A stretch of 32,000 bases of DNA from contig NZ_CP006867.1 of NCBI RefSeq assembly GCF_001481685.1, positions 1 to 32,000 of the forward strand, given 5' to 3'. Made by a program: the position numbers and the translations under genes. The notes beneath the pieces are model-generated. The model was not told the DNA's origin, ran no database searches, and was given only the letters and a program-made list of their open reading frames with translations. Shown here one piece after another: positions 1 through 9,301 of the stretch; the stretch's first letter is position 1, and every line of letters begins with the position of its first letter. Source of the DNA: Ignicoccus islandicus DSM 13165 (GTDB lineage Archaea; Thermoproteota; Thermoprotei_A; Sulfolobales; Ignicoccaceae).

Positions 1-1248
1 ATGAGTATTTTTGACAAAGTAAGAAATCAAAGGAACAAAATAATATTGAATAAAGAGGTTCTCTCGCCTTCCTACGTTCCACCTCAGTTGATTCATAGAA
101 CACATAAAGAAGAGGAACTAGCGAAATACTTTCTTGACCTATTAGAAGAACCTGGAAAGAATTACTCATATGCTATAATAAGTGGACCTCAAGGCGTAGG
201 AAAAACCCATCTAGCCTTACATTTCTACAACGAGCTTAAGGAGGCGTTCAAGAAAGAGGTAGGAAAGGATTTATTGAGAGCTCATATAAATTGTTACTTA
301 GGCTATAGGTCCCTCAGTCAGATACTTCGCGGAATAACGACCTCCATGAGGTTGGGGACACCCACACGGGGTATATCAAACACCGAAATGCTTGAGTACA
401 TCTTCAGAGCTCTTGATAAGAGCGATAAGTACCTCTTGGTAATCCTAGACGATTTCCAATATGCACTTTATAATGATAGAGATATAGCAAGATTCTTCGC
501 AAGACTCGATGAGAGATTTAGTTCACGTGAACAACGTATACATGTCATAATCATTGTAAATAGTATTAACACATTTCTGGCTTACGCAAATGATGAGAAA
601 TTGAAGAACTGGAAGAGGAAACACGTATATATGCCGCCTTACAGCCAAGCTGAACTCTTCGACATACTAAGAGATAGAAGAGATAGAGCCTTCTATCCAA
701 ACACAGTTCCGGATGAAATAATACTCGAAATCTCGAAATGGATAGGTGTTGATACAGGTAAGTCTCTTGGAGCGCACTCGGGCAGTGCCAGACTTGCCAT
801 AGAAACCTTGAAATTGAGTGCAGAGAGGGCAGAGAGCCTAGGAAAACAACAAGTTGATACAGAAGACCTAAGATACGCTTGGGCAGAGCTTAATAAACAA
901 GGTGATTTGATGATAGTCTCTGAGTTGGTTGAAAGGCTTAACGATCATGAATTGTTGTTCTTGTATTCCTTAGCCAGTGTTCTCGAGGTTACAGGTGAAA
1001 GCTATGTTAGAATAGGTAAGGTAGAAGAAGAATACAGAATGTTATGTGAAACTCTTGGAATAGAACCTAGAAAACACACTCAGATCTACGAGTATGCGAG
1101 ACGACTCTCCAATCTAGGAATAATAAGGCGTGAGAATCCAACTAAAGGAATGAGAGGAAGGAGCACATTATTATCAATAGAGTTTCCACTTACTCCATTT
1201 AAAGAAAAATTGATCCAAGTTCTGAGGAGGAGAAACTATGAGCTCTAA
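1..1248 (+). CDS. orc1/cdc6: Orc1/Cdc6-type replication initiator (AAA+ ATPase with C-terminal winged helix)
   Basis: 415 aa ORF; N-terminus 'LSPSYVPPQLIHRTHKEEELAKYFLDLL', Walker A 'SGPQGVGKTHLA', Walker B-like 'LLVILDDFQ', C-terminal winged-helix-like region 'YEYARRLSNLGIIRRE'. The window begins exactly at its ATG. Confidence 0.85.
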   Translation: MSIFDKVRNQRNKIILNKEVLSPSYVPPQLIHRTHKEEELAKYFLDLLEEPGKNYSYAIISGPQGVGKTHLALHFYNELKEAFKKEVGKDLLRAHINCYLGYRSLSQILRGITTSMRLGTPTRGISNTEMLEYIFRALDKSDKYLLVILDDFQYALYNDRDIARFFARLDERFSSREQRIHVIIIVNSINTFLAYANDEKLKNWKRKHVYMPPYSQAELFDILRDRRDRAFYPNTVPDEIILEISKWIGVDTGKSLGAHSGSARLAIETLKLSAERAESLGKQQVDTEDLRYAWAELNKQGDLMIVSELVERLNDHELLFLYSLASVLEVTGESYVRIGKVEEEYRMLCETLGIEPRKHTQIYEYARRLSNLGIIRRENPTKGMRGRSTLLSIEFPLTPFKEKLIQVLRRRNYEL

Positions 1249-1483
1249 GTTGTTTAGGAGACCTACCGTCGTGAGAGCAATTCTACTACTTCAAGAAGAA
1301 GGAGAACTGAATCTCAATGCCCTTGCTAAACGCCTTGGAACTAATAGACATCGGCTAAAGAAGTATCTAGATGAGCTAAGTGAATATGGAATCGTTGAAA
1401 AAACCTCTAATACACCAGCCGTATATAAGCTAAAAGTAAGTATGGAGGAAATTTTGAAAGTTAGTTCAAGAGAGATGTATTGA
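1238..1483 (+). CDS. Small winged-helix/HTH DNA-binding protein
   Basis: 81 aa; 'LNLNALAKRLGTNRHRLKKYLDELSEYGIVEK' looks like a wHTH; overlaps the orc1/cdc6 3' end by 11 bp in the same direction. Confidence 0.65.
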   Translation: MSSKLFRRPTVVRAILLLQEEGELNLNALAKRLGTNRHRLKKYLDELSEYGIVEKTSNTPAVYKLKVSMEEILKVSSREMY

Positions 1484-3559
1484 TTAGAAGTAATCCGTAT
1501 ACCTTATACATCCAGGTTTCTCCTCATAAACTAATCCATCTCTCTTGAATACGCTCAATGCTTCCTCAACTACTTCGGGACCAAGTCCCTTCTTGCGAGC
1601 TACTTCAACTACTTCCTTTATTGGTACACATCCGCTCCTCTCCTTGCTCAAGTCCCTTATTATCCTCCCAACGGTCGATATCTTCGCCGTCTTCGACAGC
1701 GACCTTCCAGTAAATATCACGTCTATGTCGATCTTCCCCGTTTCCACGTCTATTCCAACTGTCTCTAAGAACGCCAGCATGAGCCTTATCGCCTCTACGG
1801 CATCTTCAACCAGCACCGCGTTCCTCAAGGCCATTCTAGCATGAGCCTCGCTCATCCTTACCAAGGCCTCCAACTGCCTAGCGGTAATCGGCACGCTCAT
1901 GTCTTGAGAGTTGGATGCCTTAGACCTCAAATCAACGAAGAACTCCTCTATGACCCTCTTCGCTTCGTCCGTAAGCTTCGGAACGACGTTCCTCTTCGCG
2001 TAAACTATGTACTTCTTGAGCAGGTCGAGGGGTATTTCCGGCCTTACTTTCTCGGCCTCCTTGTGGACGTTCAGTATGTACCTAACCAGCCTCCTGTCCC
2101 TAGCTGGCTCCGGGGTGTCCCGCAACACGAAGATCAAGTCGAACCTCGAGAGTATGCTGGGAGGCAAGTTGATGTTCTCGGAAACCGTTCTGTTGGGCAA
2201 GTACCTACCGTACCTGGGGTTCCCTGCCGCTAGGACGGAGCACCTCGCGTTGAGCTTGGCCACTATTCCCGCCTTAGCTATTGACACGGTCTGCTGTTCC
2301 ATTGCCTCGTGTATTGCCACCCTGTCCTCGTCCCTCATCTTGTCTATCTCGTCTATTACCGCTATTCCCCCGTCAGCTATTACCAGAGCGCCGGCCTCCA
2401 AGTAGAACTCGCCGGTCAGCTTGTCCCTAACTACTGCGGCGGTTAGACCGGCGGCAGTAGAGCCCTTTCCGGTAGTGTAAACGCTCCTCGGGGCGACCCT
2501 AGCGGCGTACTGGAGCAGCTGGGACTTGGCAGTACCGGGATCTCCTATTATCAGCACGTGGATGTCTCCCCTTATTCTAGTCCCGTCCTCTAACAGCTTC
2601 GGTACTCCGCCGAAGAGCAGTAGCGCTATCGCTTCCTTTATGTCCCAATGGCCGTATATGGAAGGGGCTATGCTCATAACTATCCTCTTATGTATCCACG
2701 GGTCCTTCGAAAGCGCCTTGATCTTCTCGACGTCCTCCTCCGTGAGGGACACGTCTTCCAAGATCTTCTGGGAAACCTCTATGTTATTGGCGTATATTCT
2801 GATTGTAAATATGGTGGACGAGCCCTTCCTAGGGAGCTTGTCCGGCTTGGCCTCGGCTATGCCTATTACCGTTACCTTATCTCCCGGCCTGGCCACGTCA
2901 ACCAAGTCGTCCTCCACTATCACCTCTATGCTCCTAGGGAGCTGACCGGCCGGCAGCTCTTCGGGCTTCTCTTGAACTACCATCAGCTGCCAGTTCACGT
3001 ATTCGTTGTCAGGGTGGTCGCTTAGGAAAGTGAAGGGCCCGCTCCTCTTGGGACACTCCTCGTTGGGGCATTGAAGGGGAGGCTTTAGGTAAATGTCGTC
3101 TTGGGGGACGGGGAACACCGTTCCGCAGGCCTCGCATCTGAAGTAAGCCTTCTTTATCCTCTCCTTAACTTGGGTGGTCCTAACTAGAATGCCTTCGAAC
3201 ATTATGAGCTTGGATATGTGGACGTCCCTTATTTCCCTTAATCTAACCTTTTCGTCCAAATTGGTGAAGCGGAGGTTGACCTTGTAGGGCGAGCCGTTGT
3301 AGAACGAGGCTAGCTCTTCCAGTACCCTCTCTAGCCTCGGTATCACCTCCTTGGGCTTCTCTATTACAGCTCTGGCCAGCTCCGTGTTGAACTCTATCAA
3401 GTCGGCGAAGTCCACCACTAGGCTCTTCTTCTTTTCCAGCACGATCTTCTTTAGGTTCTCCTTATACTTCGCTTTCCCCGCCTCGTCCTCGTAGGTCTCA
3501 ATGAACTCTCGGAAAACGTCCTCTAAGGACTCCTCTTCCTTTAGTATTACTTCACTCAT
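1484..3559 (-). CDS. mcm: Replicative DNA helicase MCM
   Basis: 691 aa; zinc motif 'CEACGTVFPVPQDDIYLKPPLQCPNEEC', Walker A 'GDPGTAKSQLLQY', Walker B 'GGIAVIDEIDKM', arginine finger 'LSRFDLIFVL'. Confidence 0.97.
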   Translation of the reverse strand: MSEVILKEEESLEDVFREFIETYEDEAGKAKYKENLKKIVLEKKKSLVVDFADLIEFNTELARAVIEKPKEVIPRLERVLEELASFYNGSPYKVNLRFTNLDEKVRLREIRDVHISKLIMFEGILVRTTQVKERIKKAYFRCEACGTVFPVPQDDIYLKPPLQCPNEECPKRSGPFTFLSDHPDNEYVNWQLMVVQEKPEELPAGQLPRSIEVIVEDDLVDVARPGDKVTVIGIAEAKPDKLPRKGSSTIFTIRIYANNIEVSQKILEDVSLTEEDVEKIKALSKDPWIHKRIVMSIAPSIYGHWDIKEAIALLLFGGVPKLLEDGTRIRGDIHVLIIGDPGTAKSQLLQYAARVAPRSVYTTGKGSTAAGLTAAVVRDKLTGEFYLEAGALVIADGGIAVIDEIDKMRDEDRVAIHEAMEQQTVSIAKAGIVAKLNARCSVLAAGNPRYGRYLPNRTVSENINLPPSILSRFDLIFVLRDTPEPARDRRLVRYILNVHKEAEKVRPEIPLDLLKKYIVYAKRNVVPKLTDEAKRVIEEFFVDLRSKASNSQDMSVPITARQLEALVRMSEAHARMALRNAVLVEDAVEAIRLMLAFLETVGIDVETGKIDIDVIFTGRSLSKTAKISTVGRIIRDLSKERSGCVPIKEVVEVARKKGLGPEVVEEALSVFKRDGLVYEEKPGCIRYTDYF

Positions 3560-4152
3560 GTGCTTTCACCATTTCTTGGGAGAACTTTATCGAACCATTG
3601 TTTCAAGGATTCGCTTAATACATTACTCAGTATAACTTCTTCCGGAGTTAACCTTTCTATAATTTCGACACTTAGTTCCTTTTCAGATAAAAGGTACCTA
3701 AATAGCTTCATTATCCGGATTTCTGTTAGCTCCTCGAGATCGTTCTTTATTCTGATAGCTTTATTTAATATGTTCGTGATGTTCTCTATTTCGCCTAATT
3801 TGAGAGCATCTATGTTATCAATAACGTCCATAACTACTTGTTTTACAACTTTATAGAAATTAGATGGAAGCTTGACTGGATATGGACTTTCTTTGTGCTT
3901 GTTCTCTAAGAACTTAAATTTACTCACTTCTTTTGCTGCACGAAAGACATCAACCTCATTTAAGATCTTAGCATATCCGCGTTGGACTAAGTACTGTGCT
4001 AACCATCTAGGTACGTCTATTTCCGTCCCAGCACCGAGCCTCAGTATCTCTTCACCATCAAACACGGAACCTACTTCCTTTAGGACAGCAACCCTAACTT
4101 TCTCCTCTAAGAATAGTTGATCTTCCAAATCTAGAGACAATCTTAGCTTCAA
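3556..4152 (-). CDS. gins23: GINS complex subunit, Gins23-type (N-terminal B domain)
   Basis: 198 aa, overlaps the mcm start by 4 bp in the same direction; 'GTEIDVPRWLAQYLVQRGYAKI' resembles the B-domain signature; the gins23-mcm arrangement is known in Crenarchaeota. Confidence 0.75.
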   Translation of the reverse strand: MKLRLSLDLEDQLFLEEKVRVAVLKEVGSVFDGEEILRLGAGTEIDVPRWLAQYLVQRGYAKILNEVDVFRAAKEVSKFKFLENKHKESPYPVKLPSNFYKVVKQVVMDVIDNIDALKLGEIENITNILNKAIRIKNDLEELTEIRIMKLFRYLLSEKELSVEIIERLTPEEVILSNVLSESLKQWFDKVLPRNGEST

Positions 4153-4383
4153 TTTCGGCCCATATTGACTGTAGTAGACTAGCTAGGTTATGAATCGTCG
4201 ATCCTATCCTATAGTACATGCAATTTTCATTGTATAGAAGTAAGAGGTACTACTATTATAGCTGTTATCTTTTTACATACCATTAAGATGTTTCAGAAGA
4301 TCAGCGGAGTTCATTTTTAAGAAATTTGCCTCTAGGGAATTTTAATCAAGGAAGGTACTACGGGTAGAAGTAGGTAATACAGA

Positions 4384-5367
4384 ATGTCTAGCGCTTACGA
4401 TCTTTTATGGGCAGAAAAGTACAGGCCTAAGAGCCTAGACGAAATCGTCGATCAAGAAGAAGTCGTTGCTCGTTTAAAGAAATTCGTTGAAGAAAAAAAC
4501 ATCCCTCACATGCTATTTGCAGGACCGCCTGGAACTGGTAAAACTACGGCCGCACTGGCATTAGCCCATGACCTCTATGGCGATAATTATCGCCAATATC
4601 TAATGGAACTTAACGCAAGTGATGAAAGAGGTATTGACGTTATTAGGACTAAGGTAAAGGAATTTGCACGTTCCAGAACGCCCCCAGATATTCCTTTCAA
4701 AATAGTCTTATTGGACGAAGCCGACAACATGACTGCCGATGCCCAGCAAGCTCTTAGAAGACTCATGGAAACCTTCTCTGCTACAACGCGTTTTATACTC
4801 ATTGCGAACTTCCCGAGCAAGATTATCGAGCCTATTCAATCGAGGTGTGCTTACTTTAGGTTCAAACCTCTACCAAAGGACAAGGTTGTTGAAAGACTTA
4901 TGTACATCTGCAAAAACGAAAACGTAAGATGCGAAAAAGAGGCACTGGAGGAAATATACCATATATCGGAAGGTGACATGAGAAGAGCAATAAACATTCT
5001 CCAAGCAGCGGCAGCCTTAGGGGAAGTAACCCGCGATAACGTTTATAAGGCAATAGGCTACGCCCATCCCGAGAAGATAAGAGATGTTTTAATGAAAGCT
5101 ATATCTGGTGACTTTACTGGTGCAGCAAACGCTCTAAGGGAGATAATGATAGAATACGGCTTGTCGGGAGTAGATATAATTAAAGCTATCCACCGAGAGA
5201 TAATGGGTAATAAAATCCCATTGGATGAGAGACTCAAGGTCTTAATTGCTGACTACGCTGGCGAAGTGCAATTTAGAATGGTCGAAGGCGCCGATGATGA
5301 AATACAGCTCTGGGCCTTTTTAGCTAAGTTAGCCCTCTTAGGTCCTAAGTTTAAGAGGAGGAGTTAA
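4384..5367 (+). CDS. rfcS: Replication factor C small subunit
   Basis: 327 aa; 'LWAEKYRPKSLDEIVDQEEVV', 'FAGPPGTGKTTAALALAHDLYG', 'LLDEADNMTADAQQALRRLME'. Confidence 0.98.
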   Translation: MSSAYDLLWAEKYRPKSLDEIVDQEEVVARLKKFVEEKNIPHMLFAGPPGTGKTTAALALAHDLYGDNYRQYLMELNASDERGIDVIRTKVKEFARSRTPPDIPFKIVLLDEADNMTADAQQALRRLMETFSATTRFILIANFPSKIIEPIQSRCAYFRFKPLPKDKVVERLMYICKNENVRCEKEALEEIYHISEGDMRRAINILQAAAALGEVTRDNVYKAIGYAHPEKIRDVLMKAISGDFTGAANALREIMIEYGLSGVDIIKAIHREIMGNKIPLDERLKVLIADYAGEVQFRMVEGADDEIQLWAFLAKLALLGPKFKRRS

Positions 5368-5372
5368 GCGAT

Positions 5373-6851
5373 ATGGGGAACAAGTTACCTTGGATAATAA
5401 AGTATCGTCCCAAGTCCATTGAAGAAGTAGTTGACCAAGAAAAAGCTAAAGAAGTACTTATACCATGGATTCAGAAATGGCTCCAAGGAAGTATACCAGA
5501 CAAGAAGGCAGCGTTACTTTGGGGTCCTCCAGGTACGGGAAAGACGAGCCTGGTTGAAGCGATAGCAAATGAATACAATTTAGAGAAAATAGAATTAAAC
5601 GCAAGCGACTTCAGACGTAAAAGTGATATAGAAAGAATAGCTATTGTAGCAGCTACTAAGAAACCCTTACCCCCCAAAAGAGGAAGAATAGTGTTATTGG
5701 ACGAAGTAGATGGGTTGTCCCCAAGGGGAGATGAGGGGGCGATTACAGCAATTCTAGAGCTAGTAAAGAAAGCTAGGAACCCTGTGATCATGACAGCCAA
5801 TGATCCTTGGGGTCAGCATCTGAGACCCCTTCGAGACGTGTGTCTACTAGTGGAGTTTAAGAGAATACCGAAAACGAAGGCACTCCCATACCTCATGAAG
5901 ATATGTGAAGCTGAAGGTATATTTTGCGAGAAGGAAGCACTTTCATATATATGGGAGAAAAATAGAGGTGACTTGAGAGCTTGTATAAACGATATGCAGT
6001 CAATAGCAGAGGCATTCGGTAAAATAACCTTAGAGCTAGTCAAGACAATGATAGTTGAACGTGATAGAGAGTTAACCCCATGGGAAATGCTCCAAGCACT
6101 CTTTTATGCGAAGTATGCATGGCAAGCGAAGAAGGCAATTACGAGCGTTGATTTGGACTATGACACACTATTTCTCTGGATCGCTGAGAACGTTCCTAGA
6201 CAGTACGGAGATGATCCCGAAGATTTGTGGCGCGGTGTAGAGGCCTTATCTAGAGCAGACGTGTACTATGGAAGGATAAAGAGGAAACTCCAGTGGAACT
6301 TACTGCCTTATTTCTTTGAGGCCCTAGGGCCTGGAGTTGCTCTAGCTAAGGAGAAATATCATCGCAGAGCCAAATGGAGCTACCCAGAAAAACTCGTTTT
6401 ATTAGCACGAACTAAAGAAGAAAGGAGAATTAGAGAGGAGCTGGCATCGTTGCTTTCACGCACTGAGCACGTTTCGAAAAACTATGTTAAAGCTGAGCTC
6501 ATACCTCTCCTCAAGTTCATTGCAGAAAAAAATCCTTCGTACTTCGCAAAACTTGCCTTGGGTCTCCGTCTGACGGACGAGATGATAAAGTACTTATCAA
6601 GAAAGAATTATAAACTAATAATTGAATACAAAGAGAAGTTATTAAAGGAGCTTGAAGAAACAACTAAGTCTCGTAAGTCACAGGAGACGCGAGGAAAAGT
6701 TGATGAAAGCGAGTCAAAGACTCCTTTAAAAGAAACGGCTTCGGGTGAACGCAAGGAAACAGGTAAGGAATCGAAAGGAAAGAAATCAGATAAATCAAAG
6801 AAATCGAAGACTGGTGGTCTAAGTTTGTTAGACTTCATAAGGAAAGATTGA
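5373..6851 (+). CDS. rfcL: Replication factor C large subunit
   Basis: 492 aa; 'WIIKYRPKSIEEVVDQEKAKE', 'LLWGPPGTGKTSLVEAIANEY', 'VLLDEVDGL'; lysine-rich tail ending in PIP-box-like 'LSLLDFIRKD'. Confidence 0.96.
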   Translation: MGNKLPWIIKYRPKSIEEVVDQEKAKEVLIPWIQKWLQGSIPDKKAALLWGPPGTGKTSLVEAIANEYNLEKIELNASDFRRKSDIERIAIVAATKKPLPPKRGRIVLLDEVDGLSPRGDEGAITAILELVKKARNPVIMTANDPWGQHLRPLRDVCLLVEFKRIPKTKALPYLMKICEAEGIFCEKEALSYIWEKNRGDLRACINDMQSIAEAFGKITLELVKTMIVERDRELTPWEMLQALFYAKYAWQAKKAITSVDLDYDTLFLWIAENVPRQYGDDPEDLWRGVEALSRADVYYGRIKRKLQWNLLPYFFEALGPGVALAKEKYHRRAKWSYPEKLVLLARTKEERRIREELASLLSRTEHVSKNYVKAELIPLLKFIAEKNPSYFAKLALGLRLTDEMIKYLSRKNYKLIIEYKEKLLKELEETTKSRKSQETRGKVDESESKTPLKETASGERKETGKESKGKKSDKSKKSKTGGLSLLDFIRKD

Positions 6852-8004
6852 GATCTTTTGCGCTTTCTTCGTATCTCTCTATAAGAGCTTTTTCCTTCTC
6901 TTCGATTTTCTCAATCATACCCCAATCGACCTCATGTATGAAGTACTTTTCCGCTTTCGATATTACCTTCAACTTGGATTTGTGATGTTCATAGAGCTTT
7001 CTCGCAAGCCCTTCAAATAGTTTTCTCTTACATTCACCACATAGTATTTGACCTGACCTACACTTTTCTTTCCATTCTAGAGCCTCGTGGGGAGTTAAAA
7101 CGAAGGTTTCGAGCCACTTAAATACAATGCACTTATCCGGGTTACCACCCTTTTCTCTTTGCTCTTTTATTGTTGGCTGACCTCCGGTAAGGGCCCTCCA
7201 TATTTTGCTCTTTATTTGATATGGATCGTCATCGATGAAAATGGCTGTTTCCGGTTTACTTGCACTCATTGGTTCCCCGGTTAATCCGGGTAAGTACTTA
7301 CTGTGGATTGCGGCTGGCTTTGGAAGCTTTATGCGTTCCGCAATGTCCCTACTTAGTCTTATATAAGGGTCTTGATCGATCGCTATTGGAACCAAGCTTC
7401 TAAATCCCTTCTTCCATGTCGGGTATAATATGTGTGCAGCTTGGATGCACGAATAGAAATACTTACCAGGGTTATCGCTATCGCTGAAACCAAACACAGC
7501 TTTAACTTCGTTTAAGGTCACATGTCGCGATAATGTAATTGCCAATTGATAAACGTCCAAGAGTTTTGATGATATAAAGAAATTTGTATCTCTTTCATCG
7601 AACCCAAGAGCGGCAATGTCGAGCGCATTATCGTACGCGTAATAAAGGGAATCCTTAAGAGTATTTACCTTCCTAAAAACGTATTTTTCGTCATCGCTAA
7701 GTGGTATAAAGACTGGAACTTTGAACGTATCTTGTAACCACTTGACGAACTCGAATATCAACAAATGACCTAGGTGAAGTGCATTCGATGGACCTCGACC
7801 CGTTAGTATAGCGAACTTTTCTCCCTTCTTCCATTGAGCTATGAGTTTATCGAAATCTCTATGCGCAAATATATATCCTATTTCGAGCAACTTATGGGTA
7901 CTAGGAAGCTCTTTCAGTAACTCTTTCGATATTTTCGATACACCAAAAATCTCAACCAATCGATCGTAATCGGTTATCTTTTCTAAAGCATTAGCATTTG
8001 GCAT
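6835..8004 (-). CDS. trpS: Tryptophanyl-tRNA synthetase
   Basis: 389 aa class I synthetase; 'GRGPSNALHLGHL' (HIGH-like) and 'EPMSASKPETAIF' (KMSKS-like), archaeal/eukaryotic TrpRS architecture. Confidence 0.93.
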   Translation of the reverse strand: MPNANALEKITDYDRLVEIFGVSKISKELLKELPSTHKLLEIGYIFAHRDFDKLIAQWKKGEKFAILTGRGPSNALHLGHLLIFEFVKWLQDTFKVPVFIPLSDDEKYVFRKVNTLKDSLYYAYDNALDIAALGFDERDTNFFISSKLLDVYQLAITLSRHVTLNEVKAVFGFSDSDNPGKYFYSCIQAAHILYPTWKKGFRSLVPIAIDQDPYIRLSRDIAERIKLPKPAAIHSKYLPGLTGEPMSASKPETAIFIDDDPYQIKSKIWRALTGGQPTIKEQREKGGNPDKCIVFKWLETFVLTPHEALEWKEKCRSGQILCGECKRKLFEGLARKLYEHHKSKLKVISKAEKYFIHEVDWGMIEKIEEKEKALIERYEESAKDLNLSL

Positions 8005-8136
8005 AATTCGTGCTCCCAGTAGGCTAAACTGTAAGTGGAGGTTATGTAATGAATTGATATAGTTTCGGTACCGGGCTGTAGTACCCTCATCCTTCGGGGG
8101 AGGTTCGATCTCGTCATTAACCAGTTGAAGAAATTC

Positions 8137-8385
8137 TTACTCTATTCTTGCAACTTTTCCCAATGCTTGACCCGGTAGATTGGGTTTGAAAACGGCTATC
8201 GCGACACCCTTTCTACCGTGGAGCCTTAGTACCTTGCCTACGTATTTGTTCCCTTTACTATCTTCATATATTATTCTTTTACCTAGAGCCATTTTGGCAT
8301 CGTTAACGCTTGGAAACCTTACGAGTACTTGGTGTACGTTTTGATCGTTAGATCCCCTTCTATACGATGTAATTATGGCTTCCAT
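8137..8385 (-). CDS. rpl35ae: Large ribosomal subunit protein eL33 (L35Ae)
   Basis: 82 aa; 'GKRIIYEDSKGNKYVGKVLRLHGRKGVAIAVFKPNLPGQALG' is an L35Ae signature. Confidence 0.92.
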   Translation of the reverse strand: MEAIITSYRRGSNDQNVHQVLVRFPSVNDAKMALGKRIIYEDSKGNKYVGKVLRLHGRKGVAIAVFKPNLPGQALGKVARIE

Positions 8386-8528
8386 TCTTCCTCCCCTGTT
8401 GCGTGGAATGCATAGGGGCTTATATTTTGGTTCTTCCCCTCATCAGGTAAAAAAGCACGGGGAGGGGTATTTTTCCAATATCTTTTTATAAGGCTCTCTT
8501 GAACCTAATAAGTTTTACGGTGGAATGA

Positions 8529-8864
8529 ATGGAGATGCAAATGGACCTACTCGTCGAATATACTATAAGACTTGCTACTCATATGAGAATTAGGGATGAA
8601 CTAAATAATCTTGATTACGCTCAAAAGGAAGTAGCGGAGAAGGTAGCGAAATTGATAGTAAGTGAAAAGAGAGGATTGAAATATTGTTCTATTTGCGCCA
8701 AAGGACCTTATACAAAGAGAGGACTATACCTTCACTTCATGCGTGTCCATAAGGATGATGTAAAGGCATTGCTCCTTCAAGAACTCGAAATGTTACCCCG
8801 AAATGAAGAAAGTGAAACTGTGAAAAATTCGATAGAAGTAGCAAGGGAAGGAGTTGAAGCTTGA
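8529..8864 (+). CDS. Small C2H2-like zinc-finger protein of unknown function
   Basis: 111 aa; 'LKYCSICAKGPYTKRGLYLHFMRVHKDDV' (CX2C...HX4H); preceded by TATA-like 'ctttttataagg' near 8484-8495. Confidence 0.7.
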   Translation: MEMQMDLLVEYTIRLATHMRIRDELNNLDYAQKEVAEKVAKLIVSEKRGLKYCSICAKGPYTKRGLYLHFMRVHKDDVKALLLQELEMLPRNEESETVKNSIEVAREGVEA

Positions 8865-9301
8865 TAGCCTCTGATGTTCTAACTTGTAAAGCAAATCCGA
8901 GCTCATTAATCGAAAAACTAGGGAGATTGTTGGAAACAGAAATAGAGTTCCTCGAGGACGAAACAACGAAGATAATACAAAGCAATAACGGTAAGGAACA
9001 GCTACTGGAATTCAGATGCACTGCCAAAGTCATTGAGATATATTTATCTACTAAACTGGGACTAGGAGTATGGAAAGAGGTATTAGGTGAAGAGATCACT
9101 TCGACCTTTGAATGCATTGGAGAAGGCTACGTTTCAATAGCCCGAAGCCACGTTTCACCTCTCCTAGTAGTTACAATAAGTGGCAACAAGGGGTGGTTTG
9201 AAGGCTACGTCTCGCCAAAAGGACGAAAAGTTAAAGGGACATGTCCATTCCCTATCTTGACTGAACTGGCAATTCGAACGGGGATCAAGCTCGACATTTG
9301 A
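8861..9301 (+). CDS. Hypothetical protein
   Basis: 146 aa ORF overlapping the zinc-finger gene stop by 4 bp; no family recognised. Confidence 0.6.
   Translation: MIASDVLTCKANPSSLIEKLGRLLETEIEFLEDETTKIIQSNNGKEQLLEFRCTAKVIEIYLSTKLGLGVWKEVLGEEITSTFECIGEGYVSIARSHVSPLLVVTISGNKGWFEGYVSPKGRKVKGTCPFPILTELAIRTGIKLDI

Noticed and set aside
1545-3025. Several long antisense ORFs (99-139 aa) opposite mcm
   Set aside because: They lie entirely within the well-supported mcm gene, have no recognisable domains, and are expected where GC content is high.
8060-8120. Possible tRNA-Tyr gene ('GGGCTGTAGTACCC' ... 'GGTTCGATCTC')
   Set aside because: The anticodon loop would be 8 nt, spacing to the T arm is wrong, and no acceptor stem or D arm is present; kept only as a structured/guide-RNA candidate.
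8436-8467. Inverted repeat CCCCTC(8436-8441)/GAGGGG(8462-8467) between rpl35ae and the zinc-finger gene
   Set aside because: Short arms with a 20-nt loop in a G/C-run context between two promoters; could be a regulator site but nothing beyond chance is demonstrated.
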